A stretch of DNA of 64,000 nt. It comes from the human T2T-CHM13v2.0 reference genome, Homo sapiens. How positions within the stretch are numbered: the stretch's first letter is position 1; the number at the start of each line of letters is the position of its first letter. Of this stretch, positions 25,571 through 36,347 are shown one piece after another. The notes under the pieces were generated by a model. That model saw nothing but the letters and a program-made list of their open reading frames with translations, was not told where the DNA came from and did not search any database. Location: NCBI RefSeq assembly GCF_009914755.1, contig NC_060942.1; one strand, written 5' to 3'. The position numbers were made by a program, and so were the translations under genes.

Positions 25571-25855
25571 TTTTTTTTTTTTTTTTTGAGACAGAGTCTC
25601 GCTCTGTTGCCCAGGCTGGAGTGCGGTGGCGTGATCTTGGCTCACTGCAAGCTCCGCCTCCCGGGTTCACGCATTCTCCTGCCTCAGCCTCCCGAGTAGC
25701 TGGGACTACAGGAGCCCACCACCACGCCCGGCTAATTTTTTGTATTTTTAGTAGAGACGAGGTTTCACCGTGGTCTTGATCTCCTGACCACGTGATCCGC
25801 CCGCCTTGGCCTCCCAAAGTACAGGGATTACAGGTGTGAGCCACCGTGCCTGGCC
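25571..25855 (-). mobile_element. AluY carrying the 12-bp left-monomer deletion typical of the AluYd lineage
   Basis: Sense strand reads GAGATCAAGACCACGGTGAAAC (CATCCTGGCTAA absent). TSD TCATTGGCTT at 25563-25572 and 25856-25865. Confidence 0.88.
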
Positions 25856-26309
25856 TCATTGGCTTATTCTTCTGAGCTTCCTGGTAAACCACTTTTGGTG
25901 ATTTTACTTTCTCCTCCATGTGTGACTTTTCTGTAATATTTGTCTCCTGTGGACCCCGATGCCTCCAGGAGACAGTCCTCAGCGTGAGACCTTTCTACGG
26001 TCAATCTTGTCTACCGACTGTACTTTTTCATTTCTAGTTTTGTTTCTTATTTAGATTCTCTGGGGGTTTTTTTGTTTTTTGTTTGTTTGTTTTATTTTTT
26101 GTAATGTCTTTGCTTTCCCTAGTGTTTTTAATTCCTTCGTTCATTATTTTCTGTAATTCTATTTTCTAAAGTTCCCAGGAGGCTGTGTGTGCTGGCATGT
26201 GCTCACGGTGGACTGTTGCTGTGTGTGGTTTGTCATTTTAGTTTCAGTTCATCTTGGCTGGGGCTTTGTCTGTGGGAATCCCATGAGGCTTGAACTGAGA
26301 GTGCCTCTG

Positions 26310-26497
26310 GGCCAGTGCCCTGCTGACATTGGGCTGCAAACTTCTTTGCTCTGGGGGCCCGTCCTGTGCAGGGTGTTGGCAGTGTCTCTGGTTTCTACCC
26401 ACTGGATGCCAGTCACGGTAGTCGTGACCATCACAGATGTCTGCAGACCTTGCGGGCTGCCCTGGGGCAGAATCACCCCCACTGCTGGGAACTGCCG
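26310..26497 (-). mobile_element. MER20-like DNA transposon relic
   Basis: CTGACATTGGGCTG...TCTACCCACTGGATGCCAG...GATGTCTGCAGAC...CCCTGGGGCAGAATCACCCC. Confidence 0.65.
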
Positions 26498-27421
26498 CTT
26501 TGACTGGTTCTCTGCTTGGTTCTGTCAGTTTCAGGGGTATCACTGGCCTGCGACCACCTTTGTGCGTGATCATGTCTTGGCTGTATCACCCACCAAAATT
26601 CCAGCCTCACCCCACTGTGCATGCTAGGCTCGTAGACACACAGCATTGTTTTTGACCTGGCCAAGCAGAGAGGCCTTGAAACCTTCTGGTACTGGCTGGT
26701 GGGTTTCCTTCCCGATCACCCTCCGTGGAGGGGACCCTGCACGGCCCCTGCTTTCCTTAGATCAGTTCAGCCTCTGCCCTCGTGCTGTGACGGCCGTTCC
26801 CGTTCACCTCTGTCGTCACTGAACCAGACCCCACACTCTTGACAAGAGTGTGTCGTCAAACTGGTTGATCTAGTCTAATACCTGTGGCAATTCAAGATGC
26901 TTATTTTTGCTCTTATGAATGAAATTGAGCATTTTTTCATATGTTGGAAGCCTTTTCCCCCTTTGATGTGAACTTTATGTCAGTTGGCCCATTTTTTCTA
27001 TTGAGCTGTGCGTTGTCTTTCTTTTTCTGATGTTTTGCAGAGAATGGGGAGGAACTCCAGAGCTTTCAGAAGTAACTTTGTAATCTCCTAAATCAAGTAA
27101 TTAGCTTTAGAACATTTCTAATGTAGCATATAACTTACGTCCATATTTTAAAATGTATGTTCTGGGAGGAAGAAAGCCTTTTACAGCAAAAGTTCCAGGT
27201 TATACCTGATTATCCACTTATTTTAATAATTATTCATCCCTGCCTACAAAAAAATGGAGCATGCAATGGATTTGGCTACAAGGGAAGTCAACCTGTCCTG
27301 CAAGCCTGGTGTGTGTGCTCGCGGGGACTGGAGGGGTGGGGCGTCAGAGCCACGATGCTCCGCAGTAATAACGCAGGTGACTCTCTGTCCCTTAGGGTGA
27401 AACTGGATGTTCATTTTCCAG

Positions 27422-27495
27422 GTCGAAGCCGCTGGTCTCAGCTGTGTTTTCACCGGTTCCCTGAAAGAGAATACCCTGTACCTTCACAGAGCCAG
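27422..27495 (+). other. KCNG2: Candidate 74-nt non-coding 5'UTR exon of KCNG2
   Basis: Acceptor TCATTTTCCAG|G and donor CAG|GTAAAC in unique sequence, with no ATG inside. The size agrees with my unverified recollection of an annotated c.-114 to c.-41 exon. Confidence 0.6.
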
Positions 27496-28093
27496 GTAAA
27501 CCCAGAACCTGCCAGAAGGGCAAGAAACCTCAAGTCGTACTGGGATTATCGTTTTCCATTTCAGAGAGAGGGTCTTCTTGGTGGGTTCTTGTGCCTTCTG
27601 CTGATGGTAAAGCTGAGACTCTGGTGACTGTTGACACACACCTGTCAAAGGCATGCCTCACAGGCAGCCCAGAACTCAGGCGCAGCCCCTTCCGAACCCC
27701 GCCTGGGACTGCAGAGGACAGGGGAGCTCACGGGGCCGTCTGCCACGCCACAAAGGGCTCCAGCAGCTGGGTTTGCACGCTAGGCTTCTTCGACAAACTG
27801 GGACAGCTGCTGCTTATTCCGGGCAGTTTCTGAGGCAGCACGTTCAGACGACTTCCTGCTGTATTAGGAAGCTCCGTCTTGTGAGCCCTGGGGAGGCCGG
27901 CAGGTTGGAACCTTCAGAGCCTTTAATCCCCCAGAGCGCTTGACTTGTAGGGCTCGGGAAATCTCCGCAGCAGGTTTCCATGACCTAAGCAGCTGATTGC
28001 TTTTGAATAAAATCAGATGCCCTGCTCCAGCCCTTCTGCTGGGCCAGCCCTCCGTCCCAGAGGAGCTCTCCTGCTTTGTGGACCTCTCTGCCT

Positions 28094-28682
28094 GCCCCCC
28101 ACAGCCGCCCCCACAGCCGCCCCCCCCACAGCCGCCCCCCCCACAGCCGCCCCCCTCACAGCCACCCCCCCACAGCCACCCCCCTCCACAGCCACCCCCC
28201 CCACAGCCGCCCCCCACAGCCGCCCCCCCACAGCCGCCCCCCCACAGCCGCCCCCACAGCCACCCCCCCCACAGCCGCCCCCCACAGCCACCCCCCCACA
28301 GCCACCCCCCACAGCCGCCCCCACAGCCACCCCCCCACAGCCACCCCCCACAGCCACCCCCCCACAGCCGCCCCCCCACAGCCGCCCCCACAGCCGCCCC
28401 CACAGCCGCCCCCCACAGCCACCCCCCAAAGCCACCTCCCCACAGCCGCCCCCACAGCCACCCCCCCACAGCCGCCCCCCACAGCCGCCCCCACAGCCAC
28501 CCCCCACAGCCACCCCCCCACAGCCACCCCCCCACAGCCGCCCCCCACAGCCGCCCCCCACAGCCGCCCCCCCACAGCCACCCCCCCACAGCCGCCCCCG
28601 CAGCCGCCCCCCCACAGCCACCCCCCCACAGCCGCCCCCGCAGCTGCCCCCCACAGCTGCCCCCACAGCCGCCCCCACAGCC
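28094..28682. repeat. C-rich VNTR (C5-7)ACAGCCR, 13-15 bp unit, about 40 copies
   Basis: CCACAGCCGCCCCC / CCACAGCCACCCCC repeats with variable C-run length. Confidence 0.96.
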
Positions 28683-29591
28683 CTGTGTGGTATTGGATGA
28701 ATCGGACTTGTCTGTGTTCCTCAGATCTATGCTTCAGGCCATGTCCTTGGCATGGGGTGTCTGGCACAGAGGTTTGGATCACATGTTCACTGAGTGAACC
28801 TTGGGGCACAGAGGCACACATAACCATTTGAATCCTGACCACGTCCCCCCTCTTCTCATGCAGCGAACTTGGCGCTGAAGGTCACAGCACACGTGGTCCC
28901 GGTGATTATGGAGCGCTTCTCTCCTGGCCTCCATTGCAGTAGTCATCCAAGGAGCTTTCTCCCATTCAGAAGCGACTTATGCAATTCTTCACTGGGGTGC
29001 TGAGCTCTTACTGGCAAGCTAACTAATGCCATTTTGTTAGACTGTCTTTCCCTCACTCCTTCCTTTTCATTTGACTTTTTCCCCCTAAAATCTCTAATGA
29101 ATCACACGCTTGGGTCGAGTGGGCAGTCTGCGAGCTACACTGAGCAAACCCACCACGCCCCCTCTTCTCTGGTTCCTGACTTGCCGTAGTGGTGGGTTTA
29201 AGCTTTACTTGGCAGAGGTCCTAGAATACAGTTGTCAGCAACAACCAGAAAAAGGGCTTGACGTTGGCGGTGGAAGGCAGCGGCTCTCAAGCCTCAGTGA
29301 TGAGGCTTGCGTGTTACTGGATCCCCCCGAGACCTACTCACTCAGAATGATTTTTATAAATGGAGATAAAATTCACCTAACGTTATATTTACCATTTTTA
29401 TGTGCACGATTCTGTGGTTTTTAGTGTATTAACAATGCTGTGCAACCATCACCACTATCTAATTCCAGGACTTTTCATCGTCCCAAAAGAAACTCTGAGC
29501 CATTAGCAGTCACTCCCCATCGCCCCTCTTCCCATCCTCTGGAACCCCCTTGCCGGCTTTCTGTCTCTGTGAATTTACTTATCATGGATAT

Positions 29592-29909
<318 letters not shown>

Positions 29910-30854
29910 TAAACGGATTCCCAGTATATGTGACCTTTTCTGCCTGGCTTCTTTCTCTTAGCATAGGTTTTATCCACACTGTGGCATTAGCAGCACTTGG
30001 TTCCTGTTTGTGGCTGCATAACATTCCTGTATGGAGGCCCATATTTTGCTTCTCCGTTTATCAGTTGATGGAATTTGGGTTGTTTTCAGTTTTTGGCTAT
30101 TCTAGTAATGCCACTGTGAACATTTATGTACAAGTTTTTGTGTGAACACATGTTTTCATTTGTCTTGAGTGTACATCTCGGAGTGGGGTCACCGGGTCAC
30201 ATGAGAACTCCATGTTTAAATTTTTGAGGAACTGCCAGACTGTTTTCCACTGTGGCTGTGACATTTTATATTCCCACCAGCAATGTACAGGGGTCCAATT
30301 TTTCCACATCCTTTCCAACACTTGTTGGGTTTTTTTTTTCCATTTGTTTGACTATAACGACCCTAGTGGATGTGAAGTGGTATCTTGTAGTTTTAATTTA
30401 CGTTTCCATAATGACTAATGATATTGATCACCTTTCATGTGCTTATTAGCCATTCACATACTTCCTCGGGAGAAATATCTATTCAGATCCTCTGCCCATG
30501 TTTAAATTGGGTTGTTTGTCATTTGTTGTTGAGCTCCAAGAGTTCCTAACATCCTGGATACTGGACTCTTATCAGATACGGGACTTGCAGCTCTTTTTTT
30601 TTCCACCGTTACTTGTCATTCATTTTCCTGGTCCTGTTCTTTGATATACAAGAGTTTCATTGGAATGAAGTCCAATTTATCTTTTTTTCTTTTGTTGCTT
30701 GTGCTTTTGGCATTCTGTTTCAGAAACCAATGTCTCATCCATGGTCATGAAGATGTACAGTCTGTTTTCTTCTACGTGTGTTTTGGAGTTTTAGCTCTTA
30801 CATTAAGGTCTTTGATCTAGTTTGAATTAGTTTTTATATATAGTGTGATGTAGG

Positions 30855-31270
30855 CATCTTGGTCCATTCAGTGTTGCTATAAAGGAATACCTGGAGCCAG
30901 GTAATTCATTTTAAAAAGAAGCTTGTGATGTCATCATGATTCTGATGTCTGGAAAAGTTCAAGATCAGGCATCTGCATCTGAGGAAGGCCACAGGCAGCT
31001 CCAGTCATGGCAGAAGATGGCGTGGAGCTGGTGTGTGCAGAGACCACACGGAGATGGAGGAAGCAAGGGCTAGGGGTGCCAGGCGGGTTCAACAGCCAAC
31101 TCTGGAGTGAACTCATAGAGCGAGAACTCACTCATTACCATGAAGACACCTCCCAGCCATGCATGAGGGATCAGCCCCCATGACCCAAACCCCTCCCATT
31201 AGGCCCCACCTCCGACACTGGGTATCAAATTCCAATATAAGATTTGGAGGCCAATATCCAAACGATAGCA
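30855..31270 (-). mobile_element. MSTB-like MaLR solo LTR
   Basis: GTCCATTCAGTGTTGCTATAAAGGAATACC...CCCATTAGGCCCCACCTCC...ATCCAAACGATAGCA. Confidence 0.75.
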
Positions 31271-31492
31271 GGGTCCAACTTTATTTTTTTACATGTGGAT
31301 AACCGTTTGTTGGAGACACTATTACTTCTCCATTGAATAGTCTTGACGACCTTGTCAAAAGTGAACTGACGGTAGATTTATGGGTTCATTTCTGGACTTT
31401 CAATTCTGCTCCATTGATTTTTATGTCTCTCTTTACACTAGTACTACACTCTTGATTGCTGTAGCTTTATACTCACTTTGAGTAAGTAGTAA

Positions 31493-31792
31493 TGTACTAG
31501 TCCATGTTCGCATTCCTATAAAGGAATACCTGAGACTGGGTAATTTATAAAGAAAAGAGGTTTAATTCGCTCATGGTTCTTCAGGCTGTAAAGGAGGCAC
31601 GGTGCCAATGTCTGCTAAGCTTCTGGGGAGGCTTTGGGAAGCTTCCAGTTATGGCAGAAAGCAAAGGGGGAGCAGGCACGTTACATGGTGAAAGCAAGAA
31701 CAAGGTTGCGGGGTAGGTACCACACACTTTTAAACGAACAGATCTCATTTCGACACAAGATTTAGGTGGAGGCATGTAATAAAATGATATCA
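31493..31792 (-). mobile_element. MSTA/B-like solo LTR with internal deletion
   Basis: TGTACTAGTCCA...GATATCA; perfect TSD AGTAA at 31488-31492 and 31793-31797. Confidence 0.82.
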
Positions 31793-32866
31793 AGTAAGTT
31801 TGAGCCCTCCAACTTTGTCCTTTGTCAAGTTTGTTTTGGCTACCTTGCATTTCCAATAGAATTTTCAACTTGTCAATAGAATGTTCAACTTGTCAATGTC
31901 TTCAAAAAAGTTACTGGGATTTTCATATGGATTGGATTGACTCTGTTGATCAATTTAGGGAAGATTGCCATCTTAACAATATTAAGTCTTCCAATACATG
32001 AGCATGGAATGTCTTTTCATTTATTTAGTCTTAAAATTTCTTCCACCAATGTTTGTAGTTTTCAGTTTTCAGTGTAGGTTTCAGTTTCCACTCCTTGGTT
32101 AAATTTATTTCTAAGTATTTTATTCTTTCTGATGCTCTTATAAATGGAATTTTTTTAACTTCCTTTTCCGATTATTCATTGCTTTTGTATAGAAATACAA
32201 CTGATTTTTTTTACCGATCTCATGTCTTGCAACTTTGCTGAACCCATTCTCATAGTGATGTGTGTGTGTGTGTGCGCATGTGTATGTGTATGTGTGCGTG
32301 TGTGTTCTTTAAGGTTTTCTGTACATAAGATCATAAGATCAAGTCATCTCAAAATATAGTTTTACTTTTTTCTTTTGAGTGTGGATGCCTTTTATTTCTT
32401 TCTCTTGCCTAATTTTTCTGACTATAATTTCCAGTTCAATGTTAAGTAGAACTGATGAGAGCAGGTATTTCAGTCTTGTTCCTGGTCTTAGGGGAAAGAA
32501 TCCAGTCTTTCACCGTTGACTATGGAGTTAGCGGTGAGTTTTTCCTACGTGGACCTTGTCATGTGGAGGAAGTTCTCTTTTAGACCTAGTTATTGATTGA
32601 GTTTTTTGTTTAATCAGGAAAGGATGTTAGACTTCGTCAAATCCTTTTTCTGCCTCTATTGAAATTATCGCATGATTTTTCCCTTCATCCTATAAATGAG
32701 CGTATTATAGTAATTTTGTGTATTGTGCCACCCGTGTATTCCTGTGATAAATCTCTATGGTAAACGATCAAATGGTCATCATGTATAATCCTTTTAATAT
32801 GAAGCTGGATTTATTTTGCTCATGTCTTGTGGAGGATTTTTGCCTCTGTTTTCTTCTCTCTCTCTC

Positions 32867-34720
<1,854 letters not shown>

Positions 34721-34727
34721 TCTCCGC

Positions 34728-34826
34728 CTCACAGAATGCTGAGTAGGGCCAGGAATGCCGTTTTCCAGCAGGTCCCCTGGCTGATTCTGACGTGGCTGGT
34801 CCGCGGGACACACCGTGAGAAACTAA
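34728..34826. mobile_element. MER5A-like fragment
   Basis: GGGCCAGGAATGCCGTTTTCCAGCAGGTCCCC..GATTCTGACG..TGGTCCGCGGGACACAC. Confidence 0.5.
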
Positions 34827-35192
34827 GCTAGGACTGCGTCTCTCCCTCCAGACATCACGGCGTCCTCACCGGTCGGTGGGGTCCGCCCTGAAACATCTGG
34901 CTCTTTGGAGTTTGCGTCGATTTGTGAAAGCTCCGTTCGACCCCGTGTTCCAAGTCCCCTAGTGTAAGAACCCGGCTGTTCCCTTGGTGATAACTCAAGG
35001 CGGGTCACCACCTGGCGGGGTCCGCTGGACGCTTGAGGGTCCCCCATGCGGACCAGGTGCAGAGGTCGGGCCTGCGGAGGAGTGGGAAGTGGGCGGGCGG
35101 AGGGGTCTCCGAGCTCACCTCCGAGGGTTCGGTGCCGGCCCGGCCCCTGGATCCCCGCGGGCGGACGCGCTCCCCCAGCTCAGCCCTCGCGA

Positions 35193-35219
35193 CCCTAACG
35201 CGGTCCGTTCCTTTTGCAG
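35193..35219 (+). other. KCNG2: Branch point (CCCTAAC), pyrimidine tract and 3' splice site (CTTTTGCAG|G) for the KCNG2 coding exon; exon begins at 35220, 40 nt before the ATG
   Basis: Consensus CTAAC about 21 nt upstream of the AG at 35218-35219, followed by GTTCCTTTTGCAG. Confidence 0.85.
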
Positions 35220-35259
35220 GAGCCGGGCAGGAGCCCCTCGGTCCGGTCCGGCCCTGCGC

Positions 35260-35883
35260 ATGGAGCCATGGCCCTGCTCCCCGGGCGGCGGCGGCGGGAC
35301 CCGCGCCCGGCACGTCATCATCAACGTGGGCGGCTGCCGCGTGCGCCTGGCATGGGCCGCGCTGGCGCGATGCCCCCTCGCGCGCCTGGAGCGCCTGCGC
35401 GCCTGCCGCGGCCACGACGACCTGCTGCGCGTGTGTGACGACTACGACGTGAGCCGCGACGAGTTCTTCTTCGACCGCAGCCCGTGCGCCTTCCGCGCCA
35501 TCGTGGCGCTTTTGCGCGCAGGGAAGCTGCGACTGCTGTGGGGCCCGTGCGCGCTGGCCTTCCGCGACGAGCTGGCCTACTGGGGCATCGACGAGGCGCG
35601 CCTGGAGCGCTGCTGCCTGCGCCGCCTGCGCCGCCGCGAGGAGGAGGCGGCCGAGGCCCGCGCGGGGCCGACGGAGCGCGGGGCGCAGGGGAGCCCGGCG
35701 CGCGCCCTGGGACCTCGGGGGCGGCTGCAGCGCGGCCGGCGGCGCCTGCGCGACGTGGTGGACAACCCGCACTCGGGGCTGGCGGGCAAGCTCTTCGCCT
35801 GCGTGTCCGTGTCCTTCGTGGCCGTCACGGCCGTGGGCCTCTGCCTGAGCACCATGCCGGACATCCGCGCCGAGGAGGAGCGG
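35260..35883 (+). CDS. KCNG2: First coding exon (codons 1-208) of potassium voltage-gated channel modifier subfamily G member 2 (Kv6.2): T1/BTB tetramerisation domain plus S1 helix; CDS continues in a downstream exon outside this window
   Basis: Translation MEPWPCSPGGGGGTRARHVIINVGG...VCDDYDVSRDEFFFDRSPCAF...ELAYWGIDE...RCC...DNPHSGLAGKLFACVSVSFVAVTAVGLCLSTMPDIRAEEER carries the Kv T1 signatures (INVGG, CDDY, EFFFDR, ELxYWGI, CC) and a hydrophobic S1. It matches my recollection of human KCNG2. It ends at a phase-0 donor CGG|GTGAGC (35883/35884). No GYG pore exon is seen in the window. Confidence 0.96.
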
Positions 35884-36065
35884 GTGAGCGCGGCCGGGGG
35901 TGGCGGGGACCGGGCCGGAGCTGGGGCTGGGCTGGGATCTGGGCTGCGGGGAGGTGGGTGGGGGAAGGGGCGCGGGGGCAGCCATGGCCAGGGCCTAGGA
36001 CCGGGCTGGGGGCTGCCGGGACTGGGGTGGGCCGGGGCCGGGCTGGAGGCGGCCGGGCTGAGGGA
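35884..36065 (+). promoter_or_regulatory. G-run cluster just downstream of the donor (putative hnRNP H/F intronic splicing enhancer or G-quadruplex)
   Basis: Many GGG/GGGG tracts with short spacers (GGGGCTGGGCTGGG, GGGGAAGGGGCGCGGGGG). Confidence 0.5.
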
Positions 36066-36347
36066 GCGCCGCTGATGGTGGTCTTGGCCAACCTCCACCC
36101 CCAGCGGGAGACAACAGAGGCTCCAAGTTACATTCGGTTTCCGACGCAGCATCCGGTCCACAGGCCGCCGGAAACTGCTCAGCCCATCAGGCCTTCAAAG
36201 TTTGGACAACGTGGAGCTAAAATATTGGGTATCCGGGGCCTAGAGAATTGTGTGACATTTGGTCATTCTGGACCAAGGAGACCCAACCGCATTGTTTCAG
36301 GGCTGGAGGACAGTGCCAGGGCCAGGAAGGCTTCTGGCTATGGAACC

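Larger units (their letters stand above)
34780..36200. promoter_or_regulatory. CpG island spanning the KCNG2 coding exon
   Basis: Very high GC and CpG density, including GC boxes (GGGCGGGCGG at about 35091). The boundary with AT-rich L1 upstream is sharp. Confidence 0.85.

Noticed and set aside
27864-28842. Extensin-like Pro-rich and Gly-rich ORFs
   Set aside because: Artefacts of the C-rich minisatellite.
35004-35018. CTCF-like site (CCGCCAGGTGGTG on the minus strand); similar near-matches at about 23223 and 39324
   Set aside because: Each mismatches the core GGC positions and cannot be supported without a PWM scan or ChIP data.
35005-35985. 326-aa antisense ORF over the KCNG2 exon
   Set aside because: Shadow ORF expected from GC3-rich codon usage in a CpG island, with no recognisable domain.
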